A stretch of 64,000 nucleotides of DNA from contig CBDBKE010000002.1 of assembly GCA_965206645.1 (NCBI GenBank), positions 800,001 through 864,000 on the forward strand, in the 5' to 3' direction. Position numbers and translations under genes: made by a program. The notes below the pieces were generated by a model. The model made no database searches, was not told where the DNA came from, and saw only the letters and a list, made by a program, of their open reading frames with translations. This document shows, in pieces, positions 32,979 through 43,002 of this stretch. Position 1 is the stretch's first letter, and every line of letters starts with the position of its first letter. This DNA is from Terriglobia bacterium. GTDB taxonomy: Bacteria > Acidobacteriota > Terriglobia > JAJPHL01 > JAPKYU01.

Positions 32979-33106
32979 TGGCCAGGCCGAGATTTTGTAC
33001 CAAGTGATGTGAGACATATTACATTACCATTTGAAGCTCTGGGCTCGGGTTCCAGGGTGGTGTATAGGCCCCCGGCGCCGGGGGCCTATAGAGTCTGTGT
33101 GAAAAC
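32979..33106 (-). mobile_element. Right-end remnant of a diverged IS3 type A relative (32979-33091), abutting an IS1182-like terminus (33091-33106)
   Basis: TGGCCAGGCCGAGATTTTGTACCAA resembles the IS3-A right end and carries the same palindrome; GAGTCTGTGTGAAAAC resembles the reverse complement of the IS1182 end near 51715-51729. Confidence 0.7.
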
Positions 33107-33171
33107 GGTACTGTCAAGTTGAGCAGAATCCTTCCACAAAACGGGCGGATTCTGCTCAACTTGACAGTACC
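33107..33171. mobile_element. IS6-like MITE, 65 bp
   Basis: Perfect 25-bp IR GGTACTGTCAAGTTGAGCAGAATCC with a 15-nt spacer. Confidence 0.75.
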
Positions 33172-33368
33172 ATCGGCGCAGCATCGACCGGCAGGCACCC
33201 AGCGAGTGCTTCGTTCAGACTGGATGTGGGGGGATAGCCCCTGGAGAAGCCTCGTGGCTACCTGAAGGATCCGCGACTAATATAGCTATCGTCATTCATC
33301 AGGATAGGATATTGAAGGGCTGGTACACCTACGAGATCCCGATAGTCTCGTGAGTCGATGAGGCGGTC

Positions 33369-34829
33369 GTGACGCACGGGACGAATATTCTCTTCGACAA
33401 CACCTACGCCCGGCTGCCGGAACGTTTCTTCGCCAGACAGGCGCCTGCCCCAGTGCCCGCACCGACGCTCGTCCGCATCAATCGTGAACTTGCGGCCACG
33501 CTGTCGGTCGACAGCGACTGGTTCGCATCAGCTGACGGCATCGCGATGCTCGCAGGAAGCGCGCCGCCGGAGGGTTCTGAGCCGATCGCACAGGCGTACG
33601 CGGGCCATCAGTTCGGTGGATTCGTGCCCCAACTTGGCGATGGCCGCGCGATCCTGCTCGGCGAAGCCATCGACACCTCGGGCGCGCGCCGCGACCTGCA
33701 GCTGAAGGGTTCAGGCCGCACGCCGTTTTCCCGCGGCGGCGATGGCAGGGCGGCGCTCGGCCCCGTGCTCCGCGAATACGTCATCAGCGAAGCGATGTCC
33801 GCGCTGGGGGTGCCCACGACCCGGGCGCTCGCTGCCGTGACCACCGGCGAAATCGTCATGCGGCAAGAAGGCCCGCTCGCAGGCGGGGTATTTACCCGCG
33901 TGGCCGCCAGTCATATTCGGGTCGGGACGTTTCAGTATTTTCTCGTGCGCAATGATATCGATGCGCTGCGACTGCTCTCCGATCATGCCATCGCCAGGCA
34001 CTACCCGCAGGCCGCCTGCGCGGCGAACCCGTATCTCGCACTGTTGGAGTCGGTCGTCGCGGCGCAGGCGGATCTGATTGCCCAGTGGATGTCTCTGGGC
34101 TTCATCCATGGCGTGATGAACACGGACAATATGACGATCTCCGGGGAAACGATCGACTACGGCCCATGTGCGTTCATGGACGTGTTTCACCCGCAATGCG
34201 TCTTCAGTTCGATCGATCGCGGTGCGCGCTATGCCTATGGCAAGCAGCCAGACATCGGACTCTGGAACCTCACCCGATTCGCCGAAACGCTGTTGCCGCT
34301 CTTGGCAGAGGACTCTGACAAGGCAAAGGAGAATGCTGAAACCGTGCTGTCCGGATATCCGGAACGATTCAGCGTCCAGTGCAGCGCCCGGTTCCGCGCC
34401 AAGTTGGGCCTTCCTGCTGAGGCGCCGGCCGAGCTGATTCAAGAGTGCCTCGATCTACTGGCCGCGGAAGAGGTAGATTTCACGCTCTTCTTTCGTCACC
34501 TCACGCGTGTCGCCGGCGGAGAAACCCCCGAACGGATCACGGCGATGTGTGGCGGCAGTGAGGCTCTCTCCACGTGGCTCGACACATGGCGTCGCGAGGC
34601 TGACCCCGCCACGCACCTCGCCGACATGCACGCCGCCAATCCGATCCTGATCCCACGCAATCACCGCGTCGAGCACGCTATCCAGCGTGCCTATGGTGGC
34701 GACTTCGCCCCGTTCCACCGGCTCGTCGACGCGCTGGCTGCTCCCTATGCGGAGCAGACCGAATACGCTGATCTCGAAGCGCCGCCCCAGGCCGATGAGA
34801 TTGTTCACGAAACGTTCTGCGGCACGTGA
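33369..34829 (+). CDS. selO: Protein adenylyltransferase SelO/YdiU
   Basis: YAGHQFG, LGDGRA, QLKGSG, HGVMNTDN, IDYGP, C-terminal TFCGT. Confidence 0.93.
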   Translation: MTHGTNILFDNTYARLPERFFARQAPAPVPAPTLVRINRELAATLSVDSDWFASADGIAMLAGSAPPEGSEPIAQAYAGHQFGGFVPQLGDGRAILLGEAIDTSGARRDLQLKGSGRTPFSRGGDGRAALGPVLREYVISEAMSALGVPTTRALAAVTTGEIVMRQEGPLAGGVFTRVAASHIRVGTFQYFLVRNDIDALRLLSDHAIARHYPQAACAANPYLALLESVVAAQADLIAQWMSLGFIHGVMNTDNMTISGETIDYGPCAFMDVFHPQCVFSSIDRGARYAYGKQPDIGLWNLTRFAETLLPLLAEDSDKAKENAETVLSGYPERFSVQCSARFRAKLGLPAEAPAELIQECLDLLAAEEVDFTLFFRHLTRVAGGETPERITAMCGGSEALSTWLDTWRREADPATHLADMHAANPILIPRNHRVEHAIQRAYGGDFAPFHRLVDALAAPYAEQTEYADLEAPPQADEIVHETFCGT

Positions 34830-34839
34830 GTGGACCGCG

Positions 34840-34970
34840 GGCACTGTCAAGTTAAGCAGTTTGGCGGCATTCTCGCCGCCCGCCGCCACCGCTAAGTCAT
34901 TGATTCTCAGTCTCTGATCCAGCAGAATCCTTCCGCAAAACGGGCGGATTCTGCTCAACTTGACAGTGCC
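34840..34970. mobile_element. IS6-like MITE, 131 bp
   Basis: GGCACTGTCAAGTT ... AACTTGACAGTGCC; the right ~50 nt are nearly identical to the 33107 element. Confidence 0.75.
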
Positions 34971-35177
34971 AACGGGGATGGCGTACCCCAGGACTACGTC
35001 CAAGCCCACAAGTGGGTTAACTTGGCGGCCTCACGGACTACTACAAGGAAAGCAGAGGATTACCGAGTAGCGAGGGACAAACTGGCAGAGAAGATGACTG
35101 CTTCACAAGTCGCCGAGGCCCAGCGATTGGCGCGGGAATGGCGACCGAAGACCTGGGAGCAACTGAAGGGCAAGTAG
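34971..35177 (+). pseudogene. Sel1-repeat protein C-terminal fragment, cut at the MITE end
   Basis: GDGVPQDYVQAHKWVNLAAS...MTASQVAEAQRLAREW. Confidence 0.8.
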
Positions 35178-35220
35178 GTCTCGCCGTGGCTCAGCGCGTT
35201 TCTCTGAGAAGATTCCAATT

Positions 35221-35694
35221 ATGAAAATTGCTTTGTTTGCTTTGCTGGCCCTGCCGTGCGTGGTGTCTGCCAGTGCCGATACTCTGACCGGTGCAGCTCG
35301 CATCATCGACGCCGACACCGTGGAGATTGCCGGTGAAAAGTTGCGCCTGGAGGGGATTGACGCGCCGGAATCAAGGCAGACGTGCAAGCGTGACGGGAAG
35401 CGCTACGATTGCGGAAAGGAGGCGACTTCGGCACTGCGTGTGAAGATCGGTAAGGCATCCATCACGTGCAAGGGTGACACGAGGGACCAGTACGACCGTT
35501 TGATTGCCGTCTACTACCTGGACGACCTGGACTTGAACGGATGGCTCGTCCGTCAAGGCCATGCACTCGCTTATCGGCGCTACTCGAAACGGTACGTTGC
35601 CGCTGAAGATGAGGCCTGGAAAGCCAAGCGTGGTATCTGGCAAGGACAATTCATCAAGCCGTGGCAATGGCGCCAAGGCGCCCGGTTGGACTGA
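35221..35694 (+). CDS. Secreted thermonuclease (SNase-like)
   Basis: Signal peptide, IIDADT, RLEGIDAPE, DQYDR, KRGIW. Confidence 0.88.
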   Translation: MKIALFALLALPCVVSASADTLTGAARIIDADTVEIAGEKLRLEGIDAPESRQTCKRDGKRYDCGKEATSALRVKIGKASITCKGDTRDQYDRLIAVYYLDDLDLNGWLVRQGHALAYRRYSKRYVAAEDEAWKAKRGIWQGQFIKPWQWRQGARLD

Positions 35695-35966
35695 CCCCAC
35701 GGGGCGGCGGGAGCTGGGGCATTGTCGCCTCCGCCTCCGGTCGGATAGCCGAGGCTACAGCAGCCGGGAACATTAGTTGCCGGAGTGGTGCTGGTTTTAG
35801 TGATCGCCATGAACACGGATGCTCAAGAGGATGCGCCCGGAGTCACGGTATTTGTACAAGGCTCAGTAGTGTCGAGTTTTAGCGGGACAAGTGGCACGAC
35901 AGAGCCTCAGACTATCGAGGTGATGAAGCAGTTGCGCCGATTCTGTCCGAACGTCCGCATTACCGC

Positions 35967-36503
35967 TGACCTGCCCCCGGTTGTTGGTCCACTTTTTATG
36001 TTAGTCCATAAGCCGTTGCAGCCGGGTGGAGCGGAGCGGAACCCGGCGGTAACGGCAAGATCGCTTCCGGGGCTGGCGGCCGGTAGCCCAACGCGCTGTG
36101 CGGGCGAACTTTGTTATACTCCCGTCGCCATCCCTCAATCAACACCTTCGCTTCCCGCAAGGTGTGGAAGATCTCTCCATTGAGAAACTCGTCTCGAAAC
36201 TTCCCGTTCAATGATTCTACATGCCCGTTTTCCCATGGGCTCCCCGGCTCGATGAACAAAGTTTTTACCTCTACCCGCTCCAGCCAGTTCCGAACCAACC
36301 GTGCTGTGAACTCGGACCCATTGTCCGAGCGAATGTAATCGGGAACTCCTCGCTCCACAAACAAGGCTGCCAGCCGTTCCAAGACACTCATCGAATCAGC
36401 TCGCCGTCCTACGTCGATCGCCAAACATTCTCGCGTGTACTCATCCACCACCGTCAACATCTTCAGGGGACGACCGTCCCGGGTTCGATCTGCCACAAAA
36501 TCG
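35967..36503 (-). mobile_element. IS3 type B variant, right-end part, cut by IS5
   Basis: TGACCTGCCCCCGG end; similar to 27045-27581. Confidence 0.85.
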
Positions 36504-38338
36504 GGCGTTGTTGCAGAAATCTGACTCCATCCCCAACGCTCTCCCTCCTGATAGGCTAGGGGATGGGCAAAAGCGACTACACCTTCCGATATAAGGTTCG
36601 CAACTGGCCGGAGTACAACCGGGCTCTGGTGAAACGTGGGCAGCTGACACTGTGGTTCGACACGGAGGCAGTCGCTGCCTGGCGTCATCCAGGACCCTTC
36701 GAAGGGCGAGGCCGGCCCAAGGTCTACGCAGATGCGGCGATCCAATGTGCGCTGGTCCTGAATTCGGTGTTTCACTGACCTGACCGGCACTTTTTGTACC
36801 AAGTGGAAAGAGAGAGAATCCACTTGAGGAGGAAGTGAGGTCATGCCGACAAGGAGTTACAAGCCGGAGCAGATTGTAGCGGTGCTACGGCAGATAGAAG
36901 TGCAGATGGGGAACGGGAAGACTGCGCCCCAAGCCTGCAAAGAAGCTGGAATCCACACCCAAACCTACTACCGGTGGCGGAAGGAATACGGCGGGCTGAA
37001 GGTGGTGCAGGCAAAACGGCTAAAGGAGTTGGAGAAGGAAAACACGCGGCTGAAGCGGTTGGTAGCGGAGCTTTCTCTGGAGAAGCAGGTGCTGCGGGAT
37101 GTGGCACAGGGAAACTTCTGAGCCCTGAGCGGCGGCGTTGTGCGGTGGAGCGTGCGTGGGAGCAACACGGGTTGTCGGAACGGCATGCCTGCCGGCTGCT
37201 GGGGCAATGGCGAGGGACACAACGATACGAGCCGATTCATCGGGTGGACGAGGATGCTCTGACCCGAGTGATCATTGCCCTGGGAGCGAAGTACGGGCGA
37301 TATGGCTACCGGAGGATCACAGCGTTGCTGCGGAGTGCGGGCTGGGAAGTGGGCAAGGACCGGGTGCAGCGGATTTGGCGGCGGGAAGGGCTGAAAGTGC
37401 CGCAAAAACAAAGGCCGCGAGGACGGCTGTGGCTGAACGACGGTTCCTGTGTACGACTGAGGCCGGAGCGACCGAACCACGTGTGGAGCTACGACTTCAT
37501 GAGTGCCAGAACGCACGAGGGGAGAACGCTGCGGCTGCTGACCTTGCTGGATGAGTACACGCGGGAATGCCTGGCGATCCGGGTGGAGCGGAGGATGGGC
37601 AGCCAACAAATCATTGAGGCGTTGTCGGACGTGATGTTGTGGCGAGGGATACCGGAACAGATTCGATCCGACAATGGTCCCGAGTTCATCGCCAAACAAC
37701 TGCGCCAGTGGTTGGCAAATCTAGGGACCGGGACACTGTACATCGAACCGGGCAGTCCCTGGGAGAACGGGTACTGCGAGAGTTTCAATGGGAAGCTGCG
37801 GGACGAATGCCTGAATGGAGAGATCTTCTACTCGTTGAAGGAGGCACAGGTGGTGATTGAACAGTGGAGAGTGCAATACAACACGGTGCGGCCGCACTCG
37901 GCGCTCGGCTATAGGCCCCCGGCGCCGGGGGCCTATAGCCCTCCCCTGCCACTGAAACCAGTTTCACAGCCCCAGGCTGCGATGTAAACTCTCACTACGG
38001 TTGGTACAAAAAATCGGTCTGGTCATCACCTCAACCTACGGACCACTCAAGGGTTCCTTCAATCCATCGTGGCGCTCATGGCTCTCGACCTCCCAGTGCC
38101 CAACTACAGCACGGTGAGCCAAAGGCAAAGCGCCGTCGACGTCCGACTGAGTGTACGGCCCACGGATCGACCACGACATGTCGCCATCGATTCGACGGGC
38201 CTGAAGATCTACGGAGCCGGTGAGTGGCACATCAGAAAACACCGAACCCTCCGCCGTAGGACATGGCGAAAGCTCCACCTAGGCGTCGATGAGACGACGA
38301 AAGAGATCGTTGCGATAGACCTGACTGCGAGCAACGTC
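36504..38338 (+). mobile_element. IS5 copy interrupted by IS3-A (36776-38025) and 3'-truncated
   Basis: Left IR at 36504; the transposase sequence resumes at 38026 and stops at 38338. Confidence 0.9.
36776..38025 (+). mobile_element. IS3-family element type A, complete (orfA 36843-37121, orfB to 37987), with 4-bp TSD TCAC
   Basis: TGACCTGACCGG...CGGTCTGGTCA ends; GGGAAAC slippery site; TCAC on both flanks. Confidence 0.95.
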
Positions 38339-39034
38339 GCTTAGATCGTCAAAATCGAGCAGGATGAGATGCTTCGAAGCGTATTGATTCACCCGACTAT
38401 TAAGTCCGAGCACGTAGTCATTTGCCTCGGGGACTCTCAACGCCTTGAGGGTCCGACGATTTGAGTTCAGGAGTTTACGTAACCACGTATCAGTCATGCG
38501 GCCCTTCGGACACCATGCCGTGAAACGTGTGTGGTGAAAGTACAACTTCGGGCAATAGATATCGAAGGAAAAGTCTCTAATGCTTGAGTTTTCATGCACA
38601 AGAACAGAGAGTATGTTGTCTATTGAAATCGGCGGAATCTCTTTCTGCGCGCGGAGGATGAAGGCCTTGACTGTGGCGTCGTATTTATCGAGGTCTTTCA
38701 GCGTGGTCGGAACGTACTCGCCATAGTCCGCCTTTTCTCGGTCCCCGTAGAGCGTTCTTAAAACCTTCCCGTAGCGCGCCGGGAAACCCCGCCGCACGAC
38801 CCATTCCTTCCCAAACGTCGAGATGATTCCCACATGCTTCTTCGAGTTATTACCAATGAGTCGGAGCAGCGCAACGGCAGTATGGTGGGCGCTGTAGTAG
38901 AGACGATTGTACGCACCCAGGCGGGTCCTCCCGCTCGGGATTAAGGCGTGCGCTTCTGCTAACGCGTCAAAAGCCTTCGCAATCCAGCGGTGTGCCTGTT
39001 CAACTGACTTTCCCGTGTAGCTGGGTTTCGGCAT
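38339..39034 (-). pseudogene. HEPN-domain protein with an extra C-terminal domain (possible AEP primase-like), truncated by IS5
   Basis: AYNRLYYSAHH...SKKHVG...REKADY is HEPN (UPF0332 type); the tail has NSRV...HLILLDFD. Confidence 0.7.
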
Positions 39035-39064
39035 ATCTCGTTGTTCTCCTGTTCAAGCTGCCAA

Positions 39065-39394
39065 TCAGGCATCTTTGGGCCGTGGCGGCAGGTCGAACAG
39101 TGCCAGGTCCTGGTCGCGCTCGAGGAACTCATCGAGGCCCTTCCTGAGCCGTGTAATGGACACCGGGTCGGCCTGGCTGACGCTGTCGATGTAGGAGCCG
39201 ATCAGGATCAAGCGGCGGGTGCGGCGCTTGCGGTCGGCGGCGGAGAGGCGGGCCTGGGCGCGGCGGATCTGGCGGGTGAGGGTGGTACGCTGGCGGCGTT
39301 GGGCCTCCTGCAGCGCTTTTTTCTTCGCCGCGAGTTCCTGCTTGAGGGCTGCTTGCCGCTCAAGTAGTTGCTGCAGTTCGTCTTGTGGATCCAT
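39065..39394 (-). CDS. Mobilisation accessory protein (MobC/MobS-like)
   Basis: Coiled coil plus DRKRRTRRLILIG...LDEFLERDQDLALF; divergent from the relaxase; start uncertain. Confidence 0.75.
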   Translation of the reverse strand: MDPQDELQQLLERQAALKQELAAKKKALQEAQRRQRTTLTRQIRRAQARLSAADRKRRTRRLILIGSYIDSVSQADPVSITRLRKGLDEFLERDQDLALFDLPPRPKDA

Positions 39395-39477
39395 CTTGGT
39401 AGACGGCAGCATCGCCACAGTCTATTATTCAAATACGGCATCTATGATGCACGGCCAAAAGAACCAGAACGATAGTA

Positions 39478-39514
39478 AGGGCGCGTACTATTCCCGTTTC
39501 TCTGCGAGAAATGG
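39478..39514 (-). other. MOBQ (RSF1010-like) origin of transfer
   Basis: Minus strand CCATTTCTCGCAGAGAAACGGGAATAGTACGCGCCCT resembles the RSF1010 oriT (CCAGTTTCTCGAAGAGAAACCGGTAAGTGCGCCCT). Confidence 0.75.
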
Positions 39515-39545
39515 CGTGCGTCCGAACGACGACGGACGTGACGGC

Positions 39546-40376
39546 GTGGCGGTCTATCACCTCAAGGTCGGTTTCGGTTCCCGCGCCGGTGGGCAGTCCG
39601 CCCGCGCCAAGAATGAGTACATCGAGCGCGAGGGGCGCTATGCCGCGTACGGCGAGGAACGCGAGCATGTAGAGCACGGCCACATGCCCGCGTGGGCGCA
39701 GGACGACCCGCACGCCTACTGGCAGGCGGCGGACGCGCATGAGCGCGCCAACGGGCGGCTCTACAGCGAAGTCCAGTTCGCCCTACCGCGCGAACTGGAC
39801 GCGAGTGGGCGGCGCGAGCTCGCGGGCGCGTTCGCCGAGCGGGTATGCGGCGGGGAGCGGCTGCAGGAGACCTATGACCGAGTTCGAAGAGCGGTTGACG
39901 CACGAGTACAGCAAGCTGGCCGAGCAATACGCGCAGGAGCAGAAAGAGCTGTCCGCGCAGGTCGAGAGCTTGGGCAAGCAGGTGCGGCAGTGGGCCGAGC
40001 AGTACGCACGGGAGCAGACGCGGCTTGGCGATCAGGTCGCGAGCTTGGGAGCGCACGTGCGGCGGTTAGCCGATCAATCCGCACAAGAGCGGAAAGCGCA
40101 CACCGAGTGGGCGAGTACGCTCGTGGAGCAACAACAACAAATGGGCGCACATGTCACGACCTTGACCACCGAATACGAAGGGCTGTTGCAGAACGTCAAC
40201 AGAATGATCGACGCCTCCAACAGTGTTGCGAGCGAGTTGGAAACACTTATTCGATGATCCACCCCGAGGCTGTGCAGAAGCGGAAGGACGGGGACCGGCC
40301 GGACCGCGTGGAGGGTCTCATTGAGAGCCGTATCCAAAACAGAATGCGCAGCCGCAGCTATGATTTCGACCGGTAG
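39546..40376 (+). pseudogene. mobA: MobA/MobL (MOBQ) relaxase with internal deletion near 39863
   Basis: VAVYHLKV, GQSARAK.EYIEREG, ERANGRLYSEVQFALPREL; breaks before the HUH motif. Confidence 0.85.
39874..40257 (+). CDS. Overprinted coiled-coil mobilisation protein (MbeD/MobB-like)
   Basis: AGGAG RBS; MTEFEERL start; heptad repeats; lies inside the mobA frame as in small mobilisable plasmids. Confidence 0.55.
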   Translation: MTEFEERLTHEYSKLAEQYAQEQKELSAQVESLGKQVRQWAEQYAREQTRLGDQVASLGAHVRRLADQSAQERKAHTEWASTLVEQQQQMGAHVTTLTTEYEGLLQNVNRMIDASNSVASELETLIR

Positions 40377-40543
40377 TTCTCACGCCGATCGCGCATCACC
40401 GGAAGCCATGCTCGCCCATTTCGAGACGCTGAGCACGCCGGCGCCACTCAGCCAGGGGACCATGCAATGCGGGTGACCAGCTGGAACTGCTCGCGCGGCG
40501 CCGACGTGTCACGCCGTGGGCGCCAAGGACCTATCATCCGCAT

Positions 40544-42538
40544 ATGAGTAACGGCGACCTGCACTGGATCGCGAACTATATCTGGGGGATCGCCGACGAC
40601 GTCCTCCGAGACCTCTACGTCCGCGGCAAGTACCGGGACGTCATCCTGCCGATGACGGTGCTGCGCCGGCTGGACGCGGTGCTGGTGGATAGCAAGCCGA
40701 ACGTGCTCGAGATGAAGGCGGTGCTCGACCAAACCGGCGTCGTCGAGCAGGACGCGGCCCTCCGGCAGGCGGCGGGACAGGCCTTCTCCAACACCTCGAA
40801 GTTCACCCTGCACGACCTCCGGGCGCGCGCTAGCCGGCAGCAGCTCAGGGCCGACTTCGAGGCCTACCTCGACGGCTTCTCGCCCAACGTACAGGACATT
40901 CTCGAGAACTTCGAGTTCCGTAACCAGATCCCGCGGCTCTCGAAGGCCGACGCCTTGGGTACGCTCATCGAGAAGCTCACCTCGCCGGACATCAACCTCA
41001 GCCCCGCCCCGGCAAGGCACGCTGACGGCTCGGTCCGGTCTCCCGGCCTCGACAACCACGGGATGGGCTCGATCTTCGAGGAGTTGGTCCGCCGCTTCAA
41101 CGAAGAGAACAACGAGGAGGCGGGCGAGCACTGGACGCCGCGCGACGCCGTACGGCTGATGGCGAAGCTCGTCTTCCTCCCCGTCGTCGACGAGCTCAAG
41201 TCTGGCACCTACCTGCTCTATGACGGCGCCTGCGGCACCGGCGGCATGCTCACGGTGGCCGAGGAAACGCTGCGGCAGCTTTCGGCCGAGCACGGCAAGG
41301 ACGTCTCGACGCATCTGTTCGGCCAGGAGATCAACGCCGAGACCTACGCCATCTGCACGGCCGACCTGCTGCTCAAGGGCGAGGGCGAGGCGGCCGACAA
41401 CATCGTCGGCGGCCCGGAGCACTCCACCCTCGCCAACGACGCCTTCCCGTCCCGCGAGTTCGACTTCATGCTCTCCAACCCGCCCTACGGCAAGAGCTGG
41501 AAGACCGACCTGGAGCGCATGGGCGGCAAGAAGGATATGCGCGACCCGCGCTTCGTCATCGAGCACGCCGGCGATCCCGAGTACTCCCTGGTCACCCGCT
41601 CCAGCGACAGTCAGATGCTTTTCCTCGCCAACAAGCTCTCGAAGATGAAGCAGGACACGCCGCTCGGCAGCCGCATCGCCGAGGAGCACAACGGTAGCTC
41701 GCTGTTCACCGGCGATGCCGGCCAGGGTGAGAGCAACATCCGCCGCTGGATCATCGAGAACGACTGGCTGGAGGCGATCGTCGCCCTGCCGCTCAACATG
41801 TTCTACAACACCGGCATCGCCACCTACCTCTGGGTGCTCACCAACCGGAAGCCCGAGCACCGCCGGGGCAAGGTGCAGTTGATCGACGCCACGACGTGGT
41901 ACCGGCCGCTCCGCAAGAACTTGGGCAAGAAGAACTGCGAACTGGCCGAGGACGACATCGCCCGCATCTGCAACGTTTTCCTCGCCTTCGAGGAAACCGA
42001 GGAGAGCCGCATCTTCGACAACGCCGCGTTCGGCTACTGGAAGGTGACCGTCGAACGGCCGTTGCGCATCGAGGCCGCCGACCCGAACCGCGTCTACAAG
42101 GCGGTCGAGATCAAGGCGCTGAAGGAGACCGGCAAACGCAGCGATGCGGCGCCGGTCCTCCGGAAGATCCACAAGCGCGGCACGGAGGCCGACCCGCTGC
42201 GCGGCCTGTTCGCGGCCAACGTCAACGGCCGGCCGGCTGTCGTGGAGTACGAGCCGGATACCGACCTGCGCGACACCGAGGAGATCCCGCTGCAGGAAGA
42301 CGGCGGCATCGAGGCGTTCCTGCGGCGCGAGGTCCTGCCGTACGCGGCCGACGCCTGGTACCAGGCGGACAGTGTGAAGGTCGGCTACGAGATCAGCTTC
42401 ACGCGCTACTTCTACGCGCCGAAGCCGATGCGGACGCTGGCAGAGATTCGGGCGGATATTCTGGCGCTGGAGCAGGAGACGGAGGGGCTGCTGGCCGAGA
42501 TCCTCGGCGGCGACGAACAGCGGGAGACGACTGCATGA
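40544..42538 (+). CDS. hsdM: Type I R-M methyltransferase subunit
   Basis: IWGIADDVLRD, GEHWTPRD, YDGACGTGGML, SNPPYG, FYNTGIATY. Confidence 0.93.
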   Translation: MSNGDLHWIANYIWGIADDVLRDLYVRGKYRDVILPMTVLRRLDAVLVDSKPNVLEMKAVLDQTGVVEQDAALRQAAGQAFSNTSKFTLHDLRARASRQQLRADFEAYLDGFSPNVQDILENFEFRNQIPRLSKADALGTLIEKLTSPDINLSPAPARHADGSVRSPGLDNHGMGSIFEELVRRFNEENNEEAGEHWTPRDAVRLMAKLVFLPVVDELKSGTYLLYDGACGTGGMLTVAEETLRQLSAEHGKDVSTHLFGQEINAETYAICTADLLLKGEGEAADNIVGGPEHSTLANDAFPSREFDFMLSNPPYGKSWKTDLERMGGKKDMRDPRFVIEHAGDPEYSLVTRSSDSQMLFLANKLSKMKQDTPLGSRIAEEHNGSSLFTGDAGQGESNIRRWIIENDWLEAIVALPLNMFYNTGIATYLWVLTNRKPEHRRGKVQLIDATTWYRPLRKNLGKKNCELAEDDIARICNVFLAFEETEESRIFDNAAFGYWKVTVERPLRIEAADPNRVYKAVEIKALKETGKRSDAAPVLRKIHKRGTEADPLRGLFAANVNGRPAVVEYEPDTDLRDTEEIPLQEDGGIEAFLRREVLPYAADAWYQADSVKVGYEISFTRYFYAPKPMRTLAEIRADILALEQETEGLLAEILGGDEQRETTA

Positions 42539-42747
42539 CTGAGATCATCTTCGAAATCACCGAAGACGAAATGGACGGCGGGTACTCGGCAAACGCCCTC
42601 GGGTACGGCATTCACACCCAGGGCGAGTCTGTCGAGGAGATCCGCAGCAACGTCAAGGAGGCCGTCGACTGCTACTTCGACGACACCATGCCGCGACCGA
42701 AGTTGATCCGGTTGCACTTCGTGCGGGACGAGGTTCTCGTGGCATGA
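42535..42747 (+). CDS. HicB-like antitoxin (short, no HTH)
   Basis: DGGYSANALGYGIHTQGESVEEIRSNVKEAV; ATGA overlap with hsdM. Confidence 0.8.
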   Translation: MTEIIFEITEDEMDGGYSANALGYGIHTQGESVEEIRSNVKEAVDCYFDDTMPRPKLIRLHFVRDEVLVA

Positions 42748-42986
42748 AGTTGCCCCGCAACGTGAGCGGCGCGACGCTGCAAGCGGCGCTTCGACGCCTG
42801 GGGTACGACACCGTGCGACAGCGAGGCTCCCACGTGCGGATCACGACGCGGATCAACGGTGAACATCATGAGGTGATCCCGCTGCACACTCCGATCAGGA
42901 CGAAGACGCTGTCGAGCATCCTGAAGAGCGTTGCCAGGCACCACGAAATAACCGTCGAAGAGCTTCTCCGTGAACTCGACCTGTGA
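42744..42986 (+). CDS. hicA: HicA-family toxin
   Basis: LRRLGY..VRQRGSHVR...IPLH...TLSSIL; ATGA overlap. Confidence 0.88.
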   Translation: MKLPRNVSGATLQAALRRLGYDTVRQRGSHVRITTRINGEHHEVIPLHTPIRTKTLSSILKSVARHHEITVEELLRELDL

Positions 42987-43002
42987 ACTCGGGGAGCGAG
43001 CG

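Noticed and set aside
33107-33171. Rho-independent terminator or CRISPR repeat
   Set aside because: No U-tract and no spacer array; the ends match IS6-like IRs found elsewhere in the window
34815-34829. Selenocysteine at the SelO C-terminus
   Set aside because: Ends FCGT-TGA, the usual Cys-type bacterial terminus; the TGA is at the normal stop position and a MITE follows
40448-42172. Long antisense ORFs (also 53451-54992, 18303-19187, 3471-4316)
   Set aside because: Shadows of high-GC coding genes on the opposite strand, with no recognisable motifs
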